A DNA stretch of 64,000 bases from a bacterium (GTDB lineage: Bacteria; Hinthialibacterota; Hinthialibacteria; Hinthialibacterales; Hinthialibacteraceae): positions 82,354 through 146,353 of the forward strand of contig JBHGBC010000002.1 in NCBI GenBank assembly GCA_041946805.1. The letters are read 5' to 3'. Position numbers and translations under genes: made by a program. Under the pieces are notes generated by a model. That model was not told where the DNA came from, ran no database searches, and saw nothing but the letters and a program-made list of their open reading frames with translations. Shown one piece after another: positions 26,326 to 36,325 of the stretch (its first letter is position 1; each line of letters starts with the position of its first letter).

Positions 26326-29283
26326 TCAACGGCCCTGCTTGGTTTGCGAAAGTTTCTCGTTGGTGGTCCCGTCTTCTTCCGTGGCGGAATCCACGTGGTA
26401 TTTGATCGTGGCCGCCGCGCTGACTTCCTCGATCCAGGCCTGAAAGGCGACCGCTTTCAGGCGTTGCTCCAATTGCTGGAGGCTGGGAATCTCGGCATCG
26501 GGCTTTTCCTGGGCCGCGGACTTACCCAACACTTGTACGATATACGCGCCGGCCAGGCGGTCACGAACCCAGTGTTTGTTTTCATCCATGCGCTCCTGAT
26601 AGATCTTCACGACGCCCGAGATCTTGCCTGGTTCGAGTGCGAGCACGGTCTTGGTGAACGGCAGGGCGCGCCCGGCGATGCCCGGGACGAAGCCGTTGCC
26701 GGTGATCTCACTGGGGCCGCGGTACAAGGCTCCCTTGCCGGTGGGACGCTTGCTGTCCAGATCATCGTACTGCTTCAACGCGACGGCTTGCGTGGCGGAG
26801 ACCGGCTGGGCGTTGACCAGGGCGTCCTGGATCATTTTCAACGTCTGCTCCGCGGACTGGATGGCCAGGTCACCGGCCATGAAGAGGCGGTAGTCTTCCT
26901 CGGCCTTTTCCCGGACCTCGGCGAGATCGGGGATGTAGGGCTCCTTGATCTCGTTGAGTTTCATGATGTAGTACGCCTGCACGGGCTGCTTGGCGGAAGG
27001 ATTGGCCGGATTGGATTGCGGCGACACCGGAACCGGCAGGGAGACTTCGCCGACCTTTTGCAGATCGAACGCCGCATAGTTGAACGCGGGCTGTGGCCCG
27101 ATGCCTTCGATGGGATCGGACATCTTGAACAGAGGCGTCGTGCCCCAGGCGATATTCTGTTTCGCGGCGGCTTCGGGAAGGCTCAGGGCGTTGTCGATCA
27201 CGAAATAGGCGAAGTTGTTGGCCTCGACGCGGGCCAAGGACTCGGCGCGGGACTGGACGTATTCCTTGACGGCGCGGTCCCGCACTTCCGCCAGTTCGGG
27301 CAGGTGTTCCGGCTCGCGGGCGGTCAGGCGGATAATATGAACGCCGTCTTGCATTTGGATGGGTCCGCCGGTTTCACCGACGTTGAGGGTAAAGGCGGTG
27401 CTGATCAGTTCCGTCGGGCGGGGGCCGAAGCCGGGCACGTACGAATCCTCCCGGCCGAAGAGGCCGGAGGTTTGAATCTCCAATCCCCGCTCCTTGGCGA
27501 TGTCCTCGAGTTTCAGGGATTCCTTCTTGATCCGGTCGAGATCGGCCTGGGCGAATTCCTTGACCAGAGAGGCCGCCTTGGTTTGCTTCAACTGCAGGAC
27601 CACACGGCTCCGGGCTTCCTCCAGGGTCATGGGTGTGGCGGGTTGCCGCTCCAGGAATTCAATGACATAGAGATTTTCGCTGAATTCCCGCCCGGCGATC
27701 TGGACCGGCTTTTCGGCGTTGGTCTGGAAGGCGGCGGAAGAGAAGATCAGCCGGTCGCGGGTGGGAATGCCGGCGATGTCCTCCCCACGGGCGAACCAAT
27801 CGGTGGTCTTGATTTCATATTGTCCGGCGAGTTCGTCGAGCGATTTGACCGGGGCGGTCTTGGCCTGGAAAGCCTGGAAGGCATTCTGTTTTTGGATTGT
27901 GTCGCGGATTACGTTCTTCACCGCCTCCAGGGGATCGGTGCCCTTCTGCTTGCGGTCCTCGACCAGGATCAGATGGTAGCCGTATTCGGTCTTGACCGGT
28001 TCGGAGATCTGTCCCAGGGGGAGTTCGAAGGCCGCTTTTTCGAACGCGGCGGTCATGCGGCCGCGGGGGAAGTAGCCCAGTTCCCCGCCCTGCACGGCGC
28101 TGCTGTCCTGGGAATATTTCTTGGCCGCGTCGGCGAAGGTGATTTTCCCGTCCGCAATTTCCTGGCGGATATCGAGTATGCGTTTCTTCACCGCCTCGGA
28201 CTCCTCGGCCGTGGCTTCCGGGGTGACTTTCAACAGGATGTGGCTGGCCTTGGCCAAATCTTCCGGATGCTGGAAACGGGCCAGGTTGGTTTCATAGTAC
28301 TGCTGGATGGCCTCGTCCGTGACGGCCTCCTGGCCGGCCATGGGCGCGAGGGGCTGCATGACATAGCGGACCCGGATCTTCTCCTGATGCTGGTAGGAGG
28401 CGAGGTTGTCATTGTAGTATTTCTGGATTTCTTCCTCCGTGACCTGCGCCCGGTCGGCGAACTGCTTGGCGGTATAGGCGATGTGATCCACGCGGACGCG
28501 GTCGGGAATCCGGTAATTTTCCTGGTTTTCCTGGAAGAAACGGGTGAGCTGGGTCTCGCTGAAGGTGACGCCGTTGACGAAGGACGAAGGCAGGAACACG
28601 GCGTAATCGACGCGGCGCTGTTCAGGAATCTCGTACTGCTTTTTCCGCCCTTCGAAGAATTCCTTCAGTTTGCCTTCATCCACCTGGACATCCTGGGTAT
28701 AGCGGCTGGGCTCGAAGGCCAGGTATTCGACCTGGATCTTCTGCTCTTCCTGGCTTTTGATCCGCTGGAGTTCCCCGGCGGACGGGAAAAGCGTCGAGGA
28801 GACAAAGGATTGGATTTTCATCCGGGTGAGGTTGTCCCGTTGTTCCTCTTCAAACTGGATGGGATGGATGTTGTTGGACAGCAGGACATTGCGGTAACGG
28901 GCGGCGCTGAAGTTGCCGGCCTCGTCCTTGAAATACTCCATTTCGCGGATGGAGCGGGAGACTTCGCTGTCGGTGGTGTGCAAGCCGAGCTCCCGGGCCT
29001 TCTGCTCGTTCAACACGGACACGATAGCCCGGCGCATGGCCTGGGCATGGAGCTGATCGAAATCCAGGTCCTGGCCGAATTGTTGATACTGGCGCTGGAG
29101 GTTTTCGCGCAAGGCGGCGAGTTGCTGATCCGTGATCTGGTCTCCGTTGACGGTGGCGGCCCATTGGATCATGGCGGGTTTCTGGCATTCCCCGTAGCCG
29201 TACAGCACGATAAAGGATGGTATGACCAGCCACAGGGTGTAGGTCATGATGTCTTTCTTGTGCCGATTCATCCATTCAAACAT
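26326..29283 (-). CDS. ppiD: Giant PpiD/SurA-like periplasmic chaperone with parvulin-type PPIase domain (985 aa)
   Basis: N-terminal TM anchor (YTLWLVIPSFIVLYGY). Repeated SurA_N-like segments. Parvulin signature …ASHILLKV…GGELGYFPRGRMTAAFEKAAFELPLGQISEPVKTEYGYHLILVED…. Confidence 0.75.
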   Translation of the reverse strand: MFEWMNRHKKDIMTYTLWLVIPSFIVLYGYGECQKPAMIQWAATVNGDQITDQQLAALRENLQRQYQQFGQDLDFDQLHAQAMRRAIVSVLNEQKARELGLHTTDSEVSRSIREMEYFKDEAGNFSAARYRNVLLSNNIHPIQFEEEQRDNLTRMKIQSFVSSTLFPSAGELQRIKSQEEQKIQVEYLAFEPSRYTQDVQVDEGKLKEFFEGRKKQYEIPEQRRVDYAVFLPSSFVNGVTFSETQLTRFFQENQENYRIPDRVRVDHIAYTAKQFADRAQVTEEEIQKYYNDNLASYQHQEKIRVRYVMQPLAPMAGQEAVTDEAIQQYYETNLARFQHPEDLAKASHILLKVTPEATAEESEAVKKRILDIRQEIADGKITFADAAKKYSQDSSAVQGGELGYFPRGRMTAAFEKAAFELPLGQISEPVKTEYGYHLILVEDRKQKGTDPLEAVKNVIRDTIQKQNAFQAFQAKTAPVKSLDELAGQYEIKTTDWFARGEDIAGIPTRDRLIFSSAAFQTNAEKPVQIAGREFSENLYVIEFLERQPATPMTLEEARSRVVLQLKQTKAASLVKEFAQADLDRIKKESLKLEDIAKERGLEIQTSGLFGREDSYVPGFGPRPTELISTAFTLNVGETGGPIQMQDGVHIIRLTAREPEHLPELAEVRDRAVKEYVQSRAESLARVEANNFAYFVIDNALSLPEAAAKQNIAWGTTPLFKMSDPIEGIGPQPAFNYAAFDLQKVGEVSLPVPVSPQSNPANPSAKQPVQAYYIMKLNEIKEPYIPDLAEVREKAEEDYRLFMAGDLAIQSAEQTLKMIQDALVNAQPVSATQAVALKQYDDLDSKRPTGKGALYRGPSEITGNGFVPGIAGRALPFTKTVLALEPGKISGVVKIYQERMDENKHWVRDRLAGAYIVQVLGKSAAQEKPDAEIPSLQQLEQRLKAVAFQAWIEEVSAAATIKYHVDSATEEDGTTNEKLSQTKQGR

Positions 29284-29324
29284 GGAACGACGTCCTCCTC
29301 AAACGTTCGGTCTCTTCCTCCGCT

Positions 29325-31550
29325 TCAGGGGAGCGGCATTTCCACGCCGTTAGCCACCCGGCGTACACGGAATGCGGTATCCTTCCGAAAGGATGGAAGT
29401 GGAATATTCAAGCCTGTGCTGGTTGCCGCGAGCACCGTGGCGGAACCGGCCGTCCCCATGTAGGGATCAAACGGTTCCACGCGGAATTCACCCTCGCGGA
29501 GGGCCGGAAGGGTCAGCACCGTGGGTTCGGTGGGGCCGTACTCCGCGTACCGGGCAAGCATCGCGAATTGATGCGGCCGGTCATGCACCCACACCAGCAC
29601 CCGGTCGGTGTTGCCGCGCGCGTAGGCCACGGCCCGCTCCACGAAATCTTCCAGCGTGTACGACTGGACCCGGAACCAATCCCGCCCTGGATTGAGCACC
29701 GCGATCGTGTGACTGCCCGCGGGGACGGGAACGGCGATCCGCCCTTCCTCGCCTGACATTGTAGAATCATTTTCCTGCGGCGCGAATGTCCGCCGGAAGA
29801 CCTCGGCGCCGTCCAGTTCGAGGGCGCAGACCGCCCCGGCCGCCGCCGCCCGGTCGATTTGCAGAACAAACCGGGATGGCTGCTCCAGAACAAAGCGGAA
29901 CAAGGGATTGGGCGCCATGTCGCGGTGGGCCGCGCCATGGACGAAATGGGTGCATTGCTCCAGGCCTTCCACGTTGCCATCGGATTGGATTATGAAGTAG
30001 CGGCGTTGCGAAGTCCCCCAGTCCACCAGGGGAATAAAGGTCAGATCGCTGCGGTTGGCCGGGAGGGGTTCGATCCGCGTTTCCATGGGCAGGAGATTTT
30101 CCTTGTCCCAATGAATCCCCTCCACATAATTGGCCACGGCCCGGAAATGAGGATACAAATTGTAAGGCCGGACCCAATTGTCCCACCACCAGGTCATGGC
30201 GGTTCCCGCGTCATACGAATGGACCGAGGCCCAAAGTTGGTTGTGAAGAATCACGCCTTCCTGGTCGCCGGTGTTGGGGCCGCGCCAATCGTAGGACATT
30301 TCCCCAAAAAAGTGGGGGAGGCGGGGATAAGCCTCGCGCCGCTGGCGGGAAGTGGTCAACTGGGTACCGATGATATTTTGCACATACGCATGGGACTGCA
30401 GGTAATCCAGACCCTGGACGTCGTAAAGTTCCGGCCGGTTGCTGGAGGTGCTAGTCGTCCTCAGGTGGTCGTAGGGATCGAGGCGGTGGAGATACTCCGC
30501 CATTTCCTCGTGCCATTGTTTCACGGTGGCGGCGTTGTAGCGGTGGGTGAGGTCCACTTCGTTCCAAAATTCCCACGCCAGCAAGTGCGTGTTGTATCCC
30601 CAGCGGGCCACCAGGTACCGCAACCGGTCGCGGTAGTGGCGCTTGGCTTCTTCGTTGGTGAAGAATTGCTCGGGCGATTCCAGAAATCCGCCGTTCTTGA
30701 CGTTGTACGGATTCTCGTCCCACACCGGATTGGTGTCGATGGAATACTGGCCGTGGTGATTGATGACCCACTGAATAAAAATGCCCCGTTTTTGGGCTTC
30801 TTGAAAGATGCCGTCATTCACGCGGGCGTTTTCGAGGTCATATTGCTGGTAACCGTGGTAGCGCCCGTTCTGCGGGGTCCAGACCAATTCGGTCATGCCC
30901 CAGGAGCACATCCAGATCCGGATCCAGTTCACGCCGGACAGCTGGCATTCATCCAGGTATCCGGTCCAGGTTTTCAGGTTGGACGAACCGCCCCAGCGTA
31001 CCCAGCCCAGATTCTCGCCCACGGGAAAATAGGAATCCCCGTTGTCGAACACAAAATGCCGGGACGTGTTTTTCCCCACCCGGACAAAGCCCGGTTCCGC
31101 GCCCGGTTCCATCTGAAACCGGCCCGCCGCCGCTTCGGTTTGGACGGCCGGGGTTTTGGCTATCACCCGATAAGAATACTCGCCGGGCCGGGAGGGGGTG
31201 AAGCGCAATTTCCAGCCCGCCGCGCCATCGAAAAAGCAAGGAACCGTGAGGATGGAGCCATCCGGCGTCCGTATTTCGGCATCCACCTGGATGCTGGAGG
31301 AATCAAAGGGATTGTCGTACTCCAGAGTGACCGCGAAGGAGGTTTCGAACAAACCATACGCGGGAATCCTTACCGGGGAAGGCGCGGTTGTTTCGGAAAA
31401 AGCGGAATCGGCCGTTCCCAGCCAGACGGCCAGCAGGAGGACGGGAATCCCCACGGGGATCATCCACAACCGGCTGGGAGTTATCGAAATCCGATCGCTC
31501 CACCGGAATCGCCTGATCGAGTTCATTTCCTTCTCCATGGATAGAGGCAC
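29325..31550 (-). CDS. Glycoside hydrolase, DUF5060 N-terminal domain + GH5-type (DUF4038/cellulase-like) TIM barrel, N-terminal membrane anchor/signal
   Basis: WEFWNEVD (GH5 acid/base NE motif). …WIRIWMCSWG… typical of DUF4038/GH5. N-terminal beta-sandwich (DUF5060-like …IRTPDGSILTVPCFFDG…). 741 aa. Confidence 0.7.
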   Translation of the reverse strand: MPLSMEKEMNSIRRFRWSDRISITPSRLWMIPVGIPVLLLAVWLGTADSAFSETTAPSPVRIPAYGLFETSFAVTLEYDNPFDSSSIQVDAEIRTPDGSILTVPCFFDGAAGWKLRFTPSRPGEYSYRVIAKTPAVQTEAAAGRFQMEPGAEPGFVRVGKNTSRHFVFDNGDSYFPVGENLGWVRWGGSSNLKTWTGYLDECQLSGVNWIRIWMCSWGMTELVWTPQNGRYHGYQQYDLENARVNDGIFQEAQKRGIFIQWVINHHGQYSIDTNPVWDENPYNVKNGGFLESPEQFFTNEEAKRHYRDRLRYLVARWGYNTHLLAWEFWNEVDLTHRYNAATVKQWHEEMAEYLHRLDPYDHLRTTSTSSNRPELYDVQGLDYLQSHAYVQNIIGTQLTTSRQRREAYPRLPHFFGEMSYDWRGPNTGDQEGVILHNQLWASVHSYDAGTAMTWWWDNWVRPYNLYPHFRAVANYVEGIHWDKENLLPMETRIEPLPANRSDLTFIPLVDWGTSQRRYFIIQSDGNVEGLEQCTHFVHGAAHRDMAPNPLFRFVLEQPSRFVLQIDRAAAAGAVCALELDGAEVFRRTFAPQENDSTMSGEEGRIAVPVPAGSHTIAVLNPGRDWFRVQSYTLEDFVERAVAYARGNTDRVLVWVHDRPHQFAMLARYAEYGPTEPTVLTLPALREGEFRVEPFDPYMGTAGSATVLAATSTGLNIPLPSFRKDTAFRVRRVANGVEMPLP

Positions 31551-31680
31551 AAGAAATTAAATATACCATCGAGCCGGAGAAGCGGCTAGGAGCGGAGGAG
31601 GGGGGCATCCCCAAAGTCGTTGTTGGAAGCGGAGGGTTGTTTGAATCAAATCGGAAAGGGAACACGAGAAGGGAGGTTTT

Positions 31681-31725
31681 CCCTCACCCCGGCCCTCTCG
31701 GGGGGGAGAGGGAGGTGAAAAGCAA
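31681..31725. repeat. REP-like element, divergent copy E (ccctcaccccggccctctcgggggggagagggaggtg)
   Basis: Shares the ccctcacc…gccctctc…gagaggg arms with copies A-D. Intergenic between the GH5 gene and tyrA. Confidence 0.5.
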
Positions 31726-31747
31726 GGGGCTCGGCGGGGGGCGAGGA

Positions 31748-32614
31748 TCAGCGGGAGCGGATGTTTTTTTTCCATTCCTGGGCTTCGGCGAGAAACTGGA
31801 GAATGGCCGCTTCGTCCCCGTGGTCCAGCCAGGAGAGGAAATCGGCGATCCACCGCTGCAAAACCAGAAGCGAATCGCGCAGGGATTCGCGGTTTTCCAT
31901 GCAGATATCCAGCCACAGGCCGGGATCGCCCCCGGCGACACGGGTAGTGTCGCGGAAGCCTCTGCCCAGCAGGGCTTCGATGGATTTCCCCTTTCCCATC
32001 GCGGCGTGACACAGGGCGGCGGCGGCGATATGGGGCAGATGGCTGGAAAAGGCCAGGAAGTGGTCGTGTTCCCCGGGATCCATGTGGATGACTTTCATGC
32101 CAAGAAACCGCCATAAACCGGTAATGGCTTCTAGGGCCGGCGGATGCGAGCGGCCGGTCGCGGTGACGACGCAAACCTTGTTGTGAAAGAGATTGGCTTT
32201 GGCGGCCTGGACGCCGGTTTGGTGCGATCCCGCGATGGGATGCGAGCCGATGAACCAGACGGCGTCTTCAGCGAGTTCCTCGCATTGGCGGACCAGGCCG
32301 GCCTTGGTGCTGCCGACGTCGGTGACCAGGGCCTGGGGCGCCAGGGAAGGCAACGCGGTCCGCAGCGCGGCGGGGACAAGCCGGACCGGCGTGCAGATCA
32401 CCAGGGCGTCGAGGGGTGGATCGATGACCGCGGAACCCAGCGCGTACTGATCGATGGCCCCCCGGCGGAGCGCCGCGGCCAGCCGTTCCTCGGACCGTCC
32501 GATGCCGGTGATCTGGATGTCCGGCGCGCGGGATTTGAGCGCCAAGCCCAGCGAACCTCCCAAGAGGCCCACTCCCACGATGCCCAGGCGTTGAAAGGGA
32601 AGTTGTGAATTCAC
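31748..32614 (-). CDS. tyrA: Prephenate dehydrogenase
   Basis: LGIVGVGLLGGSLGLALK (Rossmann GxGxxG), …ICTPV…VTDVGSTK…GSHPIAG… typical TyrA. Confidence 0.85.
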   Translation of the reverse strand: MNSQLPFQRLGIVGVGLLGGSLGLALKSRAPDIQITGIGRSEERLAAALRRGAIDQYALGSAVIDPPLDALVICTPVRLVPAALRTALPSLAPQALVTDVGSTKAGLVRQCEELAEDAVWFIGSHPIAGSHQTGVQAAKANLFHNKVCVVTATGRSHPPALEAITGLWRFLGMKVIHMDPGEHDHFLAFSSHLPHIAAAALCHAAMGKGKSIEALLGRGFRDTTRVAGGDPGLWLDICMENRESLRDSLLVLQRWIADFLSWLDHGDEAAILQFLAEAQEWKKNIRSR

Positions 32615-32628
32615 GCTTCGCCTTTCCC

Positions 32629-33777
32629 TCAGGCCGGTTTGAGTTCCGAGGCGGTGACCCGCGATTGCGGATAGGAGCCCAGGATTTTCACATAGAGGCT
32701 GCTGGATTTGATTTCCTCCACGGCCCGCTTGAGGTTGTCATCCTCGAAATGGCCCTGGCATTCGAGAAAGAACATGTATTGCCAGGCTTCCTGCTTGGTG
32801 GGGCGGGACTGGATGTTGGTCAGGTTGATCCCGCGGTTCTTGAAGGGTTCGAGCATGGAGAACAGCGCGCCCACCTGGTCGCGCAGGAAGATCACCATGG
32901 ACGTTTTGTCGTCGCCGCTGGGGGGCACCTGGTTCACGCCGAGGACGAAAAACCGGGTGGTGTTGCCGGCGAAATCCTCGATGCCGCGCACCTGGATGGG
33001 GACATCCAGCATTTCGGCGGCCAGATCGCTGCCCACGCCGGCCGCCCGGCGGTCTTGCAGGCAGCAGCGGATGCCCTCGGTGGTGCTGGACGAGTCGATG
33101 AGGCGGGCCTTGGGGAGATTCGATTCCAGCCAGTTCCGGCATTGGGCCAGGGCCTGGGGATGGGAATAGACCTTCTCGATTTCATGCAGCTCGGAAAAAC
33201 TGACGAGATTGTGGCGGATGGGCAGGAAGACCTCGCCGGTGACACGGACATTCGAATGGGCGAGGAAATCGATGGTCTGGGCGACGCTGCCCTCGATGGA
33301 GTTCTCGATGGCCACGATGCCGTAATGGACCCGGCGGCATTCCACCTCTTGAAAGACGGCGCGAAGGGTTTCCATGGGGATGAACCGGGCGGACCGGCCG
33401 AAATGCGATTGCGCGGCGGAATGATGAAACGTCCCCTCGGGACCCAGGTAGGCGATGCAGAGATTGGTTTCGAGGGCGCGGCAGGCGCTGATGATTTCCC
33501 GAAACACGGCCTCCACGGCTTCGTCGGGCAAGGGGCCGGAATTGAGCCCGCGGACGCGTTTCAAAATTTCCTTTTCCCGCGAGGGGATGTAATATTCGGC
33601 ATCGAAACGGTTCTTGATCTTGCCCACGTCCTGGGCCAAACGCGCCCGTTCGTTGAAAAGCGCGAGCAGCCGGCTGTCGATGCCGTCGATCGCCTGGCGC
33701 AACGCGGCCAAATTGTCCGGGAGTTCCCCGGCGGGGGAATCGTGATCCTTCAATCGAGTCTCTTCCATGCGCGCCAC
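32629..33777 (-). CDS. pheA: Bifunctional chorismate mutase / prephenate dehydratase (P-protein)
   Basis: N-terminal CM_2 (LRQAIDGIDSRLLALFNERARLAQDVGKIK). PDT domain (IAYLGPEGTFHHSAA…). C-terminal ACT domain (TSMVIFLRDQVGALFSMLEPF…). Confidence 0.9.
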   Translation of the reverse strand: MARMEETRLKDHDSPAGELPDNLAALRQAIDGIDSRLLALFNERARLAQDVGKIKNRFDAEYYIPSREKEILKRVRGLNSGPLPDEAVEAVFREIISACRALETNLCIAYLGPEGTFHHSAAQSHFGRSARFIPMETLRAVFQEVECRRVHYGIVAIENSIEGSVAQTIDFLAHSNVRVTGEVFLPIRHNLVSFSELHEIEKVYSHPQALAQCRNWLESNLPKARLIDSSSTTEGIRCCLQDRRAAGVGSDLAAEMLDVPIQVRGIEDFAGNTTRFFVLGVNQVPPSGDDKTSMVIFLRDQVGALFSMLEPFKNRGINLTNIQSRPTKQEAWQYMFFLECQGHFEDDNLKRAVEEIKSSSLYVKILGSYPQSRVTASELKPA

Positions 33778-33903
33778 TCCACGCTACGCTCCGGGCGGGA
33801 TTCATCGCCGGTCCCGCGGCGGCCGGCGGGCGGTCCGGTGATAATCGAACGTTGGCATCAGGGATTGGTGGATACGGGCCGGGGAGTGGGCGGCCAATCC
33901 GGA

Positions 33904-34359
33904 TTATTGAAGGAGGTAGCTCATGGAAGGGGAATCTTCTCCCGGCCAGGCGTCTCCTCCCAGGATTTGGTTCACCAGGTATTGAATCTCACCCACGTCC
34001 ACTTCGGAGGTATCCAAGAAGAACGCCCGTTCGACGACATCTTCCCGTTGCTCGGGAGTCAGGACGCCTTCTTTCACGAGGGTTATTAAATAGCCCCGCG
34101 CCGCGATTGTCAATTTCATGCGTTCCAGGAACTGATAGATCTGGTTGGTGCGGAGCGGAAAGGAGATGGAAGGCCCGTCCTCGACGCGGGAGCGGATGCG
34201 ATTGGCGACTTCAAAGGCGATATCGATTTCGTGATCCTTGAATCCACGGCCTTCCAATTGCTCGGTCAACTCGCTGCGGAGCAGTCCCCAGTCGTCGTCA
34301 TCGCTTTCCAGGGTTTTCGCCAGGATGTAGCTGACCATTTCAATCAAACGTGAGAGCAT
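33904..34359 (-). CDS. smg: Smg-family protein (DUF494)
   Basis: MLSRLIEMVSYILAKTLESDDD…, ~150 aa acidic protein matching the Smg/DUF494 family. Start taken at MLSRL (the track's 34383 start adds 8 aa). Confidence 0.7.
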   Translation of the reverse strand: MLSRLIEMVSYILAKTLESDDDDWGLLRSELTEQLEGRGFKDHEIDIAFEVANRIRSRVEDGPSISFPLRTNQIYQFLERMKLTIAARGYLITLVKEGVLTPEQREDVVERAFFLDTSEVDVGEIQYLVNQILGGDAWPGEDSPSMSYLLQ

Positions 34360-34671
34360 AGTGTCTCCAGACCATTCTTGCACGGTGTTCCCGCGTTGAA
34401 AAATATGGAACGCGAGGCGGCTCGCTTTCCCCCGCCATTCCTCCTCCCCATCATCATATCACAAAATACATTCCCCTATTGAGGGAGAAGTATAGAATCA
34501 ACTCCCGCGGATGGCTAGCGGAAAAACGGGTAAATTGGAGGAGGTCTGGCTCCGCCCAAAAGAAGGAGGAATCGGCCACCGGCCCGCGCCGGATGGTTGA
34601 CAAATCGCGAACGCTAATTACTATTATCACCTGTTTGCGCCACTACACGCTCCTTGACGGGAAAAACACAC

Positions 34672-34744
34672 GGGCCATTAGCTCAACCGGTAGAGCATCC
34701 GACTCTTAATCGGCAGGTTGAAGGTTCGATTCCTTCATGGCCCA
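34672..34744 (+). tRNA. tRNA-Lys (anticodon CUU)
   Basis: GGGCCATTAGCTCAACCGGTAGAGCATCCGACTCTTAATCGGCAGGTTGAAGGTTCGATTCCTTCATGGCCCA. Cloverleaf with 7-bp acceptor stem, anticodon loop CU-CUU-AA, T-loop GGTTCGATTCC. No encoded CCA. Confidence 0.9.
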
Positions 34745-35169
34745 TTTCCCCCTCTTCCTCCCTTCCTGGTCTTCGCTTACCAACCGGCAGGTAATGCCGT
34801 TCCGATGCAGGCTGGATGCCGCGGGCCAACCCCGGAGGCGGGAAACGATCTCCTTGCGGCTCATCCCGCCTGCGTATCACGAATGCTGAACATGGCATTC
34901 CCTCCCCTTTCTGATACGGATGAACACGAAGGTCCTGCCCGGCCAGAGTCCCTCACCCAAATCCACGTCCCGGGAGAGAGGGGATGATTTACTTTTGTCT
35001 CACCCACCCCAGAGCACATGCCATGAGATTTACTCATGCAGGACCGTTGGCGCTCAAAAAAACAACGCGGTATACGTAAATCAGTTCCGGAAGCCGATCC
35101 GGGAGAGGTGCTCAGGCCACACGGCATGAGAAAGGCCGGCAGGATGCTTGGACCACTATTATTGGAGTG

Positions 35170-35210
35170 GAGGAGTATCGCATGAGGAGTATCGCATGAG
35201 GAGTATCGGA
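35170..35210. repeat. Tandem repeat 14-nt unit gaggagtatcgcat x ~2.9
   Basis: gaggagtatcgcat gaggagtatcgcat gaggagtatcgga, seen directly, in the 500-bp non-coding stretch downstream of tRNA-Lys. Confidence 0.8.
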
Positions 35211-35247
35211 GGATTCCACGTTGCGCGCCAATCCACCCTCCCGCGCT

Positions 35248-36111
35248 TTATCCGGGATTTTGGGCCACTCCCTTGAAGAAAGTATAGCAGAACACGCCGT
35301 CCGGAGGCGTGGCGGTCCGCCACAGGGCCTGGATGCCCCGCTCCCAACGTGCAGGATCCGACAGCCCCATGGCCAGCGCCCGTTCGCGCACGCCTTCCAC
35401 CATCGCGATGATGGTTTTGACCGTGAAGTATTCCACCCACCGCGGGCGGCTCGCGTCGGCGTAGATGAAGCGCGGCGAGACCTGGGGTGTCTCGAAGCCT
35501 GCTTCACACAGCAAGGGATACAGCCGCCGGCCGATGAGCGAATCACCCCCCAGCCGCGCCTGCGCCTCGATCAGGCAGTTCCACACATGCCCGGCTTCCT
35601 GGCTGCGCGGGTGGAAGAAGCACGAGCCGTGATCGCCCTCGATCACCGTGATCGTCCCGCCGGGTTTCAAGACCGCTTTCAATTGCCTCAGCGCGCCCAC
35701 GGGTTCCGCCAGGTGTTCGAGCACGAAACACACGAACACGTGATCGAACACGCCATGGCCAAAGGGCAGATGAAAGAGATCGGCCTGGAGTAAATCGGGG
35801 AGCGGTCCCTTCATGTCCCGCAATGTGGCCCGGGCCAGCCGCAATGAATCCAGCGAGAGGTCCAACGTGGTCAGCGAGATCTCCGGGCTGCCCGCCAGCA
35901 GATGGACGGTTTGCGCGCCCACGCCGCAGCCCGCTTCCAGCACGCGTTCCCGGGGGGCGTAGCGGGTGTCATGATGCAGCAGATCGCTCAGGATGAACGA
36001 CTGGTCGCGCAGCCGCCGCGTTTCCGGGCCGGAATAGCCGTGGACATAGGTGCTCATGAACGGGGCGTCCTTCGTTCGGTTGAATTCGTCCATGGGATCC
36101 ATGAAAACCAA
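35248..36111 (-). CDS. Class I SAM-dependent methyltransferase
   Basis: VLEAGCGVGAQTVHLL (motif I GxGxG), …VFVCFVLEHL…LKPGGTITV… (motifs II/III). Confidence 0.75.
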   Translation of the reverse strand: MVFMDPMDEFNRTKDAPFMSTYVHGYSGPETRRLRDQSFILSDLLHHDTRYAPRERVLEAGCGVGAQTVHLLAGSPEISLTTLDLSLDSLRLARATLRDMKGPLPDLLQADLFHLPFGHGVFDHVFVCFVLEHLAEPVGALRQLKAVLKPGGTITVIEGDHGSCFFHPRSQEAGHVWNCLIEAQARLGGDSLIGRRLYPLLCEAGFETPQVSPRFIYADASRPRWVEYFTVKTIIAMVEGVRERALAMGLSDPARWERGIQALWRTATPPDGVFCYTFFKGVAQNPG

Positions 36112-36167
36112 TCGGTGATTTCATCCCCGATCGCACGGATGATACGCATCCTGCCCTTTCAGGATTA

Positions 36168-36200
36168 CCCTCACCCTAGCCCTCTCCCAGAGGGAGAGGG
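36168..36200. repeat. REP-like element, copy C (reverse orientation; ccctcaccctagccctctcccagagggagaggg)
   Basis: Exact reverse complement of copy B (19459..19491). Flanked by gaattc/gaatt on both copies. Confidence 0.75.
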
Positions 36201-36325
36201 AATTCATGGCTCGGACCGGCATTTGTCCCAGGGCTAAAAGCCCTGGGCTAGTTTAAACACACCGCCGGCGTTTGAAAACCAGACCGCATTCCTGGAAATC
36301 ATTTGTTAACATGTCGAAATAGACC

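Noticed and set aside
26344-29463. 1039-aa plus-strand ORF opposite the PpiD-like gene (similar cases: 20125..21741 opposite leuA, 38544..40724 opposite nadD/proA, 45649..47337 and 47130..49103 opposite ftsZ/ftsA/ftsQ, 395..1495 and 1051..2235 opposite the PGT)
   Set aside because: All are antisense shadows of genes with clear conserved motifs on the other strand. Their Arg/Gly/Pro-rich low-complexity composition is characteristic of GC-rich antisense frames.
34588-34671. Promoter for tRNA-Lys (TTGACA at 34596)
   Set aside because: Best -10 candidates give 20-nt or 12-nt spacers. Not convincing, so not reported as a feature.
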